Shown here one piece after another: positions 10,813-21,298 of a DNA stretch of 64,000 nucleotides. Location: assembly GCA_965218795.1 (NCBI GenBank), contig OZ244653.1, positions 2,208,001 through 2,272,000 on the forward strand. Reading direction: 5' to 3'. Below the pieces are notes generated by a model that did no database searches, was not told the origin of the DNA, and was given only the letters and a program-made list of their open reading frames with translations. The translations under genes and the position numbers were made by a program. Source of the DNA: a bacterium. Lineage in GTDB: Bacteria > UBA8248 > JACPRG01 > G963555815. Within the stretch, counting starts at the first letter, position 1; each line of letters begins with the position of its first letter.

Positions 10813-10856
10813 TTGACCTTGGTAAGAGATAAACTAGATTTATCTTACTTTGTCAA
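10813..10856 (-). promoter_or_regulatory. Inverted repeat/operator and -35 box upstream of AbiE-type operon
   Basis: AGATAAA-ctaga-TTTATCT core inside longer imperfect IR TTGAC...GTCAA; TTGACA on minus strand at 10851-10856; -10 unclear. Confidence 0.45.
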
Positions 10857-11421
10857 TGACGTTCTTCAATCATCGGCGTGGGAGACAGAGGCGTCCAGTA
10901 ATGTGTGGTCGCTTCACTCAGGAGTTGACCTGGCGTCAGATCCACGACCTAACTACGGCTTGACGGGACCGTCGCGACCGCTGTATCCGCAGCCTCGCTG
11001 CAACGGTGCGCCAACTCAACGAGACCGATCGCCCTACGGCGTCGCCTTCCGCCACCATCATCACGACGGCGGTCTGCTCGGGGCTTGCGGACATTCACCG
11101 TCGACAGCCGGCGATCATCGATCCGGACCGGGTCCCGCCTGATCGCCTCTCTCTCGTCCGTCTTCTCCTCTAGGTTCATCCTTTCCGTTCCACCTGTTGT
11201 CTCCCCGGTTGTTTGCCGCACCCCCGCGCATTCCACCGCGGATGTGCTCACGAATGTCAACCAACTGTAGGTCATACACTATCGATACCCATGGGCGAAC
11301 TCGCATCTTCCCCTTATGTTCCTTCCCATGACAACGCTCGATTCCGACTCCGATATGCCCCTGGACGAGCGCCCGCGCCGGACCCGGGGAAGAAGAAAGA
11401 CCGCGGACTTGGGCGGCCCTT

Positions 11422-11781
11422 CTACGGGGACCAGGTGCTCGGGCCATGATCGTGAGGGTGATCCGGGTCGTTCAGATCCCGGTCCTCGATGTCGCGGAGC
11501 CAGGCGTAGCGGCCGGTCCGGGTCGACCAGTCGAACCTGTCACCGCCCTCTTCCGGGAGCTCGCAGCGGCCGAAGGCGGACCAGTCGCGGTAGCGGAGAC
11601 CCCGCCACAGGGCGCACGCGAGGGCGGCAAGGACGGTCCATATCATTGCCCAGAACCAGATGCCCCCCAGGAAGCGGACACCGGTCCCGGTGGCCACGGA
11701 AAAGACGGTGACGGCAAGGGCGAGCGATATCCCGCCGAGGACGAAGGCCTGGGCGCGCCGGCTGCCGGATGGGTCGGACAT
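11422..11781 (-). CDS. Small membrane protein divergent from coupling-protein gene
   Basis: 119 aa with two hydrophobic segments; GGAGG RBS upstream. Confidence 0.55.
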   Translation of the reverse strand: MSDPSGSRRAQAFVLGGISLALAVTVFSVATGTGVRFLGGIWFWAMIWTVLAALACALWRGLRYRDWSAFGRCELPEEGGDRFDWSTRTGRYAWLRDIEDRDLNDPDHPHDHGPSTWSP

Positions 11782-11949
11782 GGTTCGTACCTCCGGGGTC
11801 GGGGTTCAAGGCGTCTCGGGTGTCACCGGGTCTCTTTGGCCCCGGGGTCCCTCACCCGGGCCCCGCCTTCCCCGGCCTCTGCCCGGCGCATTGCAACGGA
11901 ACGGCGCCGAGACCGCCGCTGTCCACACAACCTTGAACGGGAGGACCCG

Positions 11950-14055
11950 ATGATGTTCGGCAACGCGACGCTCAGAGGCGGCCAGACCCTGGTCCACGAC
12001 GTCCACATGTGGGGCCAGCTGGTCAGGTGGGGGCTTTTCGGCATCGTCCTGACGGTGGTCCTGGTCCCCGCCGTGGCCCTGTTCCGCACCACAACCGCCC
12101 ATGAATGGCGCCTCGTCGGAACGGGCACCCTCGCCCAGGTCAAGCTCGCCCTCGGGTATCCCCGCCATTCCCTCCAGACGTACGAGTGGCGGGAGGGCCA
12201 AAAAACGGCCCTGAGAATCGTGGATATCGCCCAGGACCCCAGGATCGAAAGGATCCGGAAACGCATGCTCCATACGGTCTACGCCAAGGCGTGGCTCGGC
12301 CTCTGGATCGGAGTGGGGGGCATGGTCCTGTGTACGGTCCTGTTCTCTGTCCTGGGAAGACGCCTGGACCGCGCACAACGGGTCCGCGGCGCGGAGATGG
12401 CCACGGCCCGGGAGTTGAGAAGGCGCGTGCAGCCCGTGTCCGCGCGCCTGGCCGAGGCCCTGTTCCCCGCCGCGCGCCGGGCCTCGTGCCGCATCGCCGG
12501 GATCCCCTGGCCCAGGCGCGCCGAGACCCAGCACACCATCGTCTCCGGCACCACCGGATCGGGCAAGACCGTGCTGATCTTGGATCTCGTCGCCCGGCTC
12601 CGCGCCCGGGGCGAGCGTTGCATCCTCTACGACAAGATGGGGAGCTATACCCGCTCCTTCTTCGATCCCGCCCGGGACGTGCTCATGAAGCCCCTGGACG
12701 CCCGGGCGCCCCGCTGGTCCCCCTTCTTCGAGGCCCAGACCCCCCGGGACTTCGACATGATGGCCGCCGCCCTCATCCCTCAGCAGAAGGACACGGTGGA
12801 CCCCTTCTGGGTCACCGCCGCCAGACAATTGTTCTCGAATGGTGCAGGCGTGCTCTGGAAGCAGGGGGAGACCCGGAACCGGGTCATGGTCGACCATTTG
12901 CTCAAGACCGACCTGACCGACCTGGCCCAGGCCATGGAGGGCACGGTGGCCCAGTCCATCGTGGATCCGGACAACCCCAAGACCGCCCTTTCGGTCCGCG
13001 CCATGCTGACCGCGCACCTGGGAGCGCTGGAGTTCCTGCCCGATACGGACGAGCCCTTCTCGATCCGGGACTGGGTGGGAAGGGAGGACGGGACCGGGTT
13101 CCTGTTCCTGACCTCGAGGGGCGACCAGCACGCGAGCCTGCGGGGGCTCATCTCCACCTGGCTGGAGATCGCGGTCAACGCGCTCCTCTCCCTCCATCAG
13201 GACGATGCGCGCCGGGTCTGGGTGGTCCTGGACGAACTGCCCACCCTCCACCAGGTGCCGAGCCTCCAGCCCGGTCTGGCCGAGTCCCGCCAGTTCGGGG
13301 GGTGCTTCGTCCTCGGGATCCAGGTGATCTCGGCCCTGCGCGACCTCTACGGAAAGAACGGGGCGGAGACGATCTCGGGGCTCTGCGGTACCCGGGTGGT
13401 GCTGGCCGCGCCCGATCAGGAGACGGCCCGGTGGTCGGCCGAGAGCCTGGGGCGGGGCGAGGTGGAGGAATATTCCCACGGGATGAGCTACGGGGCCAGC
13501 GTGCTGCGCGACGGGGTCTCGCTGACCCAGCGGCGGGAGATGCGTTCCCTGGCCCTGCCGTCGGAGATCATGCGGCTGGAGAACCTGCAGGGGTATCTGA
13601 AGTTCCCGGGGCCGTGGCCCGTGGCCCGGATCAAGCTCGACTACGTCAAGAGGCCCAAGGCGGCCGAACGGTTCGTGCCAAGGGAGGAAGGTCCTTCGGA
13701 GCAAGGCGGTTGGGTCTCCGATGTGACCGCGGCCGATTCCGGAAGCAGGCACGACACCGATGCCCCGGCCCCGGGCGATGCCGGGAACGAAAGTGAGAAT
13801 GGCGATACGGGCGCGGCGGGTTCGGCGGCCGGATGGACCGGCGATCAACCCGAGCTCGGTCTCGAGCCGGCCCCGGCCGAATGCCGCGCGGTGGAAGCGG
13901 AAGGCGCGGAAATGCCCGAGGTCCCGGCTGCCGGTTCCGGCGGCCGGGATTCCGTCCTTTCCGGGCAACGGGAAGACCCCGCGGCCGATCAGGATAAACC
14001 CGAGGACAACGGCGCCGGCGGCGCGGACGGGCGCTGTCCGCCCGACTGGCTGTGA
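11950..14055 (+). CDS. traD: Type IV coupling protein (TraD/TrwB family)
   Basis: N-terminal TM segments, Walker A SGTTGSGKT, YDKMGSY, Walker B VVLDELPTL, ESRQFGGCFVLGIQ; acidic tail; RBS before ATG 11950. Confidence 0.9.
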   Translation: MMFGNATLRGGQTLVHDVHMWGQLVRWGLFGIVLTVVLVPAVALFRTTTAHEWRLVGTGTLAQVKLALGYPRHSLQTYEWREGQKTALRIVDIAQDPRIERIRKRMLHTVYAKAWLGLWIGVGGMVLCTVLFSVLGRRLDRAQRVRGAEMATARELRRRVQPVSARLAEALFPAARRASCRIAGIPWPRRAETQHTIVSGTTGSGKTVLILDLVARLRARGERCILYDKMGSYTRSFFDPARDVLMKPLDARAPRWSPFFEAQTPRDFDMMAAALIPQQKDTVDPFWVTAARQLFSNGAGVLWKQGETRNRVMVDHLLKTDLTDLAQAMEGTVAQSIVDPDNPKTALSVRAMLTAHLGALEFLPDTDEPFSIRDWVGREDGTGFLFLTSRGDQHASLRGLISTWLEIAVNALLSLHQDDARRVWVVLDELPTLHQVPSLQPGLAESRQFGGCFVLGIQVISALRDLYGKNGAETISGLCGTRVVLAAPDQETARWSAESLGRGEVEEYSHGMSYGASVLRDGVSLTQRREMRSLALPSEIMRLENLQGYLKFPGPWPVARIKLDYVKRPKAAERFVPREEGPSEQGGWVSDVTAADSGSRHDTDAPAPGDAGNESENGDTGAAGSAAGWTGDQPELGLEPAPAECRAVEAEGAEMPEVPAAGSGGRDSVLSGQREDPAADQDKPEDNGAGGADGRCPPDWL

Positions 14056-16962
14056 TGGTCGTCTCGATCGGCGCCGTCGCGTCCTCGGCCCAGGGCATCT
14101 CCTATTACGAGAGGGACGGCTACTACGCCAGGGACGACCCGGCCCACAGGGACGCGAGCGCCTGGACCGGCAAGGGCGCGGAGGACCTCGGCCTCTCCGG
14201 TCCGGTCGAGCCGGACCTCTTCAAGGCGGTGCTGGAGGGCAAGGTACTCGACGGGACCGGACGGCAACTCGGACGCGGGGGACCCGATGGGGCCCTGCAG
14301 CACCGGCCCGGGCGGGATCTCACCTTCTCGGCCCCAAAATCCGTCTCGCTGGCGGCGCTGATCGGCGGCGACGGGCGCGTGGTCGACGCCCATGACCGGG
14401 CGGTCAAGCGCTCGCTGGCCTGGATCGAGGGCAACGCCGCCGAGACCCGGTTGAAGGACCCGGAGACCATCTGCATGGTCCGCGCCGGGGACCAGAAGAC
14501 GGTAGCCGCGACCTTCCGGCACGACGCCTCGCGCAATCTGGATCCCCAGCTCCACACCGCACGCGGTCCTCGCCAACATGGTCCAGGGCGGGGACGGCAA
14601 GTGGCGGACCATGGCCAACGAGGCGCTCTACCGCCGCCAGAAGCTGATTGGCATGATCTACCGGAGCGAGCTCGCGCGGGAGTTGGGCAAGCTCGGTTAC
14701 GGCATCGAGAAGAGCCATGCCGACGGGCGCTTCGAGATCGCCGGGGTCCCCAGGAAGGTCATCGAGGCGTTCTCGACCCGACGGGCGGAGATCGAGGCGG
14801 CGGTGACCGAGCGGGGCATGAGCGGCACCGCCGGGAACCAGCGCCTCGCCGAGCGCGCGGCGCTGATGACCCGGGCCCACAAGCGCGAGGTCGACAAGGC
14901 GGCGCTCAGGGCAAGCTGGGAGAAGCAGGCCGCCGGGTTGGGGTTCGACGCGCGGGAGCTCGCCGCCGAGGCCGCGGCGAGGGAAGCCGGCAGGGACTCC
15001 GGCCGGGAGAACGCTCCCGCACGGGATGTCGATCCCGCTTCGGCGGATGCCGTCGGGTCTCCCGCCTCCATCGCGGAAACCGACCCGGCGCGGCGGGAAC
15101 CGGCAACGAAGGAGCCGGCGGTCGAGGCCGCGGAGAAGGCGTTGGGCGATCTCGAAGGTCAGGGACGGCTCCATGCCGCGCCGGCATTGCATGCAGGCGA
15201 CGGCCTGACCACCGACAAGGCCCTCGCCGGCGAACGCGAGACGATCGGGCTGATGCGGGACGGCCAGGACCGGGGCCGGGCGGCGATGCGAAGCTGGATG
15301 GCGAGCGCGCGGCTGCACAAGGGACCGCTCACCGAGGGCCAGAAGCAGGCCGTCAAGCTGATCCTGTCTTCGAAGGACCGCGTCGTCGGCGTGCAGGGCT
15401 ATGCCGGCACCGGCAAGACCACCATGCTGAGGCGCGCTAACGGGCTCGCGGGCAAGAGCGGCTACCGCATGATGGGACTGGCCCCTTCGGCCTCGGCGGT
15501 CAAGACGCTCGGGACGGAAGCCGGGATCGAGAGCGAGACCCTGCAACGCTTCCTCGCGCGCAACGCCGGGATCGCCGAAGGGCGTTTGACGAAGAAGGGC
15601 GAGAAGGAGATGCGCGCGGCGTTCGCGAAGACCGTGCTGGTGGTGGACGAGGGCTCGCTCGCCTCCACCGTCCAGGCCCGCGACCTCCTGAGGATCGCTA
15701 ACGTATTGCGCCTTCCCCGCGTGGTCCTGGTCGGCGACGAGAAGCAGCTCGACGCGGTCGACGCCGGTAAACCCTTTGCGCAGTTGCAGCGGGCAGGGAT
15801 GAAGACGGCGGTGATGGACGAGATCCTGCGCCAGCGCGACCCGGAGCTGAAGGCGGCCGTGGAGGCGAGCCTCGCCGGCGAGATCGGCAGGGCCTTCGAG
15901 AAGCTCGGCCCCAACGTGGCCGAGGTCCAGGCCGACAACATCGCGGGCGCGGTGGCGGCGCGCTGGCTCAAGCTGTCCCCCGAGGCGAGAGAGAACACCG
16001 GCGTCATGGCGCCGAGCCATGAGCTTCGCCGGGAGATCAACGGCCATATCCGGGAGCGCCTCGCGCGCGACGGCAGGATCCACGGCCCCGCCTTCACGGG
16101 CGAGCGGCTGGTCTCCCACGGCTACACGAACGCCGAGAAATCGCTCGCGGCCAACTACGCCGAGGGCGATATCGTCGCCTTCCATCGCCCCTACAAGACC
16201 CTGGGGGTCGACAAGGGCGACGAGCGCCGGGTTGCCGGCGTGGATCACAAGAGCCATACGGTGATACTCGAAGGCGGGGACGGCGCTACCGTTCCCTGGA
16301 AGCCGGGCCGGATCGCCGGGCGGTCCGGCGGCGTCGAGGTTTACCGCGCCGAGGGCATCGAGCTTCGCGCCGGGGAGCGCATCCGCTGGACCCGCAACGA
16401 CAAGGGCCTCGGCCTCGTCAACAGCCGCACCGCCGAGGTCGCGAGCGTGAAGGACGGCCGTGTGACCTTCCGTCTGGAGGACGGGCGCATGCTCGACATG
16501 AAGGCGGGCGATCCCCAATTGCGCCATCTCGACCACGCCTGGGCCTCGACCGTGCATGCCTTTCAGGGGCGGACGGTGGACAACGTGATCGCGGCGATGG
16601 AGGCCAATCACCCCCACCTCACCACGCAGAAGAGCTTCTATGTGGAGATCAGCCGCGCCCGCGACCGGGCCGAGTTGGTGACGGACGATGCGGCGCGACT
16701 GCGCGAGCAACTCGAAACCGCGACGGGCGAGCGGGTCTCGGCGCTGGAGGGGATCGGAGAGGCGGCGCGGGACGAGCGGACAAAGGGCATGGAAGCCGAT
16801 GCGAAAGCGGGACGGACGGCGGCGCGGGAGACAGAAGCCACCCGGGATACGGACCGAGGCGGGAGCGAGGCGGCCGGGAAAGAGACCGAGCCGGTCGTGA
16901 GGAACCGGGAGCCGGCTGCGCCGGACCGTGGGAAACGGGTCGAGATGGACTTGGGCCTTTGA
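14052..16962 (+). pseudogene. MOBF conjugative relaxase-helicase (TrwC/TraI family), frameshifted in HUH motif near 14559
   Basis: YYERDGYY, DLTFSAPKSVS, HDASRNLDPQLHT/HAVLAN; helicase QGYAGTGKT, VVDEGS, LVGDEKQL, HAFQGRT, YVEISRAR. Confidence 0.9.
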
Positions 16963-17028
16963 GAGCGAGGTCTGCGCTCGCTGAAGCCAGGATCAATCCA
17001 AAGGACGCATAAATCCGACCCTGATAGC

Positions 17029-17280
17029 TTGGCTGGGTTTGAGCCACCGGACTGTGTGAAAGGTGATGTGGCTAGGATATGGCTCTATATGCACGAAATC
17101 CATAAGGTTCAGATTCCAACTGAGGAACATGCGATGTTCCTAATATGGGCTGCGAGCGATCCGGTCAGCCCATGGGAACTAAAACGCGATGGGCTGATTG
17201 CCAATGTTCAAGGGAACAGCAATCCCTATATCTCAGGCACGGTGCCGTCAATTGATGGTTCTTGTACTTGGGAGAAATAG
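17029..17280 (+). pseudogene. Endonuclease I (EndA-like) C-terminal fragment
   Basis: EPPDCVKGDVARIWLYM...DPVSPWE...IANVQGNSNPYI resembles EndA C-terminus; no N-terminal half. Confidence 0.75.
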
Positions 17281-17386
17281 GTCGATCGCCAGCAACTCAG
17301 CCTCGAACCGCGTCATCTGGCTGGTTGATGCCCTGACGAAGCGCGCGATGCCCCCCTGGCCACACAGTGCGGCGAGGCCGCCCGCT

Positions 17387-18748
17387 TCAGGCTGCCGGCC
17401 GCGGTGCTCCTCCGCTTCTCGTGGATCGACTGCGATGACGGTTTTTACCGGGCCGGCCGGTCTTGGGTTCGGGCCTGTTACGGGGCTTCCGAGTTCTGCC
17501 ATTGGGTCTGCGCCCGCCGCGCTGATCCGGTGAGGCCGGCTTGGGATCGGCCGGATCGGGTTCGTCACCAATCACCGTCAGCCGGCACTTGATCAGTTTT
17601 TCGATATCGCTCAGATAGGCGCGCTCGGTCGGATCGCAAAAGGCAATCGCCGCACCGCCCGCACCGGCCCGCGCTGTCCGCCCGATTCGATGGACATAAT
17701 TTTCCGGCTCGTTGGGGAGTTCGTAATTGATGACATGGCTGACGGAATCCACATCGATGCCGCGGGCCGCGATATCGGTCGCCACCAGGACCCGTGCCTG
17801 GCCGTCGCGGAATCGTTTGAGGGCGCGCTGGCGGGCACCCTGGGATTTGTTGCCGTGGATCGCCTCGACTACGACACCGCCCTTGCCGAGTCGTTCTGCG
17901 ACACGGTTGGCATGGTGCTTGGTGCGCGCAAAGACAATCACTCGCGACATGGCGGGATCCTTGAGGATGGTGTCGAGCAAAACCCGCTTCCCGGCGGTGC
18001 TGACGTGATAAATGCTCTGCTCGATACGATCGATCGGCGTTGCCTGGGGCGTCACCTCTACCCGCACCGGATCGGTCAGGATCTCGGCCGACAGCCGGGA
18101 AATTTCGCTGGGCATGGTAGCGGAAAAAAGCAACGACTGGCGAGACTTGGGCATCGCCGCCATGATCTTGCGGACATCGTGCACAAAACCCATATCGAGC
18201 ATCCGGTCGGCTTCATCGAGGACCAGGAATTCGATCGCATCGAGCCGGACATGCCGCTGCTCCATTAGATCGAGCAGCCGCCCGGGCGTCGCAATTAGAA
18301 TGTCGAGCCCACGAACCAGCGCAGTGACCTGCGGCTTCTGGCTGACACCACCGAAGATCACGGTCTGACGCAGCGCGAGGTGCTTGCCGTAGGCGCGGAA
18401 TTCCTCACCGATTTGGATAGCAAGCTCGCGGGTTGGCGCCAGGACCAGGGCGCGCGGGATGCGGGATGCTTTGTTGGTGCTGTTGTGATTGCGGTTTTTG
18501 ACATTGTTGCGGTTGTTACGGGTGGCGCCTTCGTCGCCACATGGCCGCGACAACTGCTGAAGAATGGGCAGCGCAAAGGCCGCGGTTTTGCCGGTTCCTG
18601 TCTGGGCAATACCCAGCATATCACGCCCGGCGAGAAGCTCTGGGATGGCTCGCGCCTGGATAGGCGTTGGGGTTACGTGGTCTCTGCCGGTCAACGCACG
18701 CTGAATCGGATCGGCCAAACCGAGGTCCGAGAATTTACGAATAGTCAC
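17387..18748 (-). CDS. rhlE: DEAD-box RNA helicase (RhlE-like)
   Basis: Q motif, AQTGTGKT, PTRELA, TPGRL, DEAD, SAT, ARGID, HRIGRTAR; basic tail; probable GTG start 18748. Confidence 0.88.
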   Translation of the reverse strand: MTIRKFSDLGLADPIQRALTGRDHVTPTPIQARAIPELLAGRDMLGIAQTGTGKTAAFALPILQQLSRPCGDEGATRNNRNNVKNRNHNSTNKASRIPRALVLAPTRELAIQIGEEFRAYGKHLALRQTVIFGGVSQKPQVTALVRGLDILIATPGRLLDLMEQRHVRLDAIEFLVLDEADRMLDMGFVHDVRKIMAAMPKSRQSLLFSATMPSEISRLSAEILTDPVRVEVTPQATPIDRIEQSIYHVSTAGKRVLLDTILKDPAMSRVIVFARTKHHANRVAERLGKGGVVVEAIHGNKSQGARQRALKRFRDGQARVLVATDIAARGIDVDSVSHVINYELPNEPENYVHRIGRTARAGAGGAAIAFCDPTERAYLSDIEKLIKCRLTVIGDEPDPADPKPASPDQRGGRRPNGRTRKPRNRPEPKTGRPGKNRHRSRSTRSGGAPRPAA

Positions 18749-18971
18749 TATAAGAATCCTTAATGTGCCATATGGCGCGGCAAACGTCATAGACGCTGCC
18801 GGTGCTTGGCATGTCGCCCTTACCGGGCGCGGCCAGTAGGAGAAGATTTTTTGATTATTGTTCCCGGGACGTGGTGCCGCCCGTGGGCGGCGCTTCGCGC
18901 AATCGCGAGACAATCTGCGGCGAAGATATGGGTCCTAGGGCCGGAGAAGTCAAGCAAATCAATTTTTCGGT

Positions 18972-19045
18972 TGGAGTTGACCCGCTTCGGTGGACACTTT
19001 CAGACTTTGGTCAAGAGGTATTCACCAAGACGGTGAAGTTGACCC
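18972..19045. repeat. Two IS3-end-like direct repeats TG(G/A)AGTTGACCC
   Basis: TGGAGTTGACCC at 18972 and TGAAGTTGACCC at 19034; resembles the IS3-like terminus at 8672. Confidence 0.45.
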
Positions 19046-19082
19046 TGGGATTCTTCTATGTCTGTCAATAGCCGGAATCCGG

Positions 19083-20160
19083 TCAGATCAACGCTCCGCC
19101 AGGCGGGCTCTTCCTGCGCGTCTCAAGTAGCTTGAATACGCGTCGGGCCAGGAATCGCTTCAGGCAACGCCTAATCTCGCGGTCTGTCTTCCCTTCGGCG
19201 CGCCTGCGTTCGACATAGCGTCGGGTCTCTTGGTGGTGGACCCAACGAACGAGGACGGCACTGTGGATCGCACGATTGAGCTTGCGGTCGCCGCATCGGT
19301 TGAGGCAGTGGCGGGCCGTTTGGCCTGACGATGCGGGGATCGGAGCGACTCCGGCGAGGTTCGCGAATGCGGCTTCGGAGCGCACGCGTCCCGGGTGCGA
19401 CCAGGCGCACACCATCTCGGCCGCGTTGACCGGTCCGATCCCCTGCTCCTGGAGGAGTGTAGAGGCGAGTGCGCGAACGAGTGGTTCGAGTTCGGCGTCG
19501 AGTTCCTTGATTTCGTCGTTGAGACTTTGGATCCGGCGGGCTATCGCGCGAAGCGCCATGCTCGTGCCGCGCTGCTCGTCCGTGTGAGTTGCAGCAATTC
19601 TCAGCTTCGCACAGCGCTGAGCGAGAGGTGGGGATTTCAGACTCCGCAGCTTCGCTCGCAGCGTCTCGGGCGCGGTGGTGACCAAGGCCTGGAGATGATT
19701 GAACGCTGGCGTACGGGCTCGTACCGCGCCTTTCGCGCGTGCGTAGAATCGCCCTCAGCGCTTCACGATGGCCGTGCCCACGCAGCTCGGTGGTCTCGCC
19801 TCGGGCCAGACATTCACGTGCGGCCCGTGTGGCGTCGAGCACGTCGGTCTTCGCGCCGTTCCTTCGAGCCGGGCGTTTGGGCCGGTCGATCTCGATGACC
19901 CGTTCCCCTCCATCGATGAGATGACTCGCCAGCCCACGCCCGTAGCCGCCAGCGCCTTCGATCGCCCATATCCGGGATCCGGAGGCGTGCTGTCGCGCGA
20001 AGGTGAGCATCCGAGCATATCCCTTCCCATCGGCAGGGAGCTCGATGGCTTGAAGTTCCGCACCTCGTGTATCGACGATAGACGCGGTGTGGGTGTGCTT
20101 GTGCGTGTCGACGCCGATGATGAACAAAGCGTCCGTTTCCGGGTGGGCCATAGTCAGCAC
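19083..20160 (-). pseudogene. IS110-family recombinase (DEDD RuvC + Tnp domain), frameshift near 19722
   Basis: IIGVDTHKHTH, WAIEGAGGYG, KTDVLDA, GIGPVNAA, AGVAPIPASSGQ, GDRKLNRAIH; extra A in AAA run. Confidence 0.9.
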
Positions 20161-20164
20161 CTCC

Positions 20165-20415
20165 GCTAGAGTCGGTGATGACGCCGGCCTGAAGGGGTCT
20201 CCGTGCGGCAGGACTTAGACGGGTCATACACCCGTGATGGGAGTAGACAGTCTTCTGATCAGGCCAAGACGGGGGTCACGCCGGTGCCGTTCAAGCAGTG
20301 TTGACAAATCCCCGCAAAGGCACTTCCTGAAGGGAAAGGCCGGTAACTCCATGAGTCACACACCGCTTGAAGACGACCAGCCTGACGACACCCAATCGTG
20401 TGATGAGCAGCCAAG
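20165..20415 (-). ncRNA. Candidate IS110 bridge RNA
   Basis: Position in IS110 left non-coding end; stem UUCAAGCGGUG/CACUGCUUGAA enclosing an internal loop and hairpin; second stem-loop contains AGAAGA matching the donor end. Confidence 0.6.
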
Positions 20416-21298
20416 CTGGTCACGGTAGAGGCGAGAACACAGACGAAGGGCGGTCAATTCTTGGGTCATCCTCGCGACTGCAGTGTCCAGCGTATATGCC
20501 GCTCTCATACGAGACCAGCGACGGCTACTGATTCTCTAAGTAACTGCATCCTGCCGCACTACTCGTCGTTTGCAATCGACTAAATGCCCACCTTCCGTTG
20601 TAAATTCACTGATCGTCTGCGATGGCAGGTTCTGATCGTTCATATAGTTCCGGATGGTCTCACAACTTCCGTCGGTGGAAACCTCTAACTAATCAAGAAG
20701 GAATTAGGATATTGCAGAAACGATAAGCTACAAAACGACGATTTTGGAAATCGAGTAGTGCTGTGTGCCAACATTGAATGTGGCTACGCCACGGACGCTC
20801 TGGCGTTGGAAATACAGTGCTTCTTAGACACTTGAGCCTGTTACATGGCACTCCGTCCCTCGCAGCGTGGAACGGAAGAAAAGCGAAGTGTTGATGATAG
20901 TTTGAGCGAACCGATTAGAGGTGTGGGGCTATCCTCTCCACGAACATTGTGACTAATGCAAGTAAATATGTACTCGAATGACCAGACGCTGCGCGTCACA
21001 GTTTTTCCTCAAATATTTGACACGGCCGGGCCTATAGCTTAACAATGCTTCTTGTGTGTAAGTGTGCGCCGAATGGGTGGACAAGGAATGGTCCTACCAT
21101 TCCGATCTGTAGCAATTCCGATACGACTGGCCCATTCGCACACTCAACGTTCTGGCCAAGTTCACCTAGAAGGGCTTGGATAGCTGCTCTGCTCATTCGG
21201 CCCGAAAGCGTGATGTGGTAAACATCAATGCACAAACAACCTGACCGGGCGATCTTATGGCAGTCGGCACCATCAAATCTCACTCGGTTGGCAAAAGC

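Larger units (their letters stand above)
19048..20431 (-). mobile_element. IS110-family element
   Basis: Ends inferred from CC core at 19048-19049 and 20430-20431; right end carries TTGACA, left end TACCGT; about 270-bp upstream non-coding region. Confidence 0.8.

Noticed and set aside
11446-11949. Long N-terminal extension of the TraD ORF (869 aa)
   Set aside because: Overlaps the minus-strand membrane gene; RBS and TraD-like sequence start at 11950
11806-16710. Long antisense/alternate-frame ORFs (720, 563, 768 aa)
   Set aside because: Shadow ORFs of GC-rich traD/relaxase genes with no motifs
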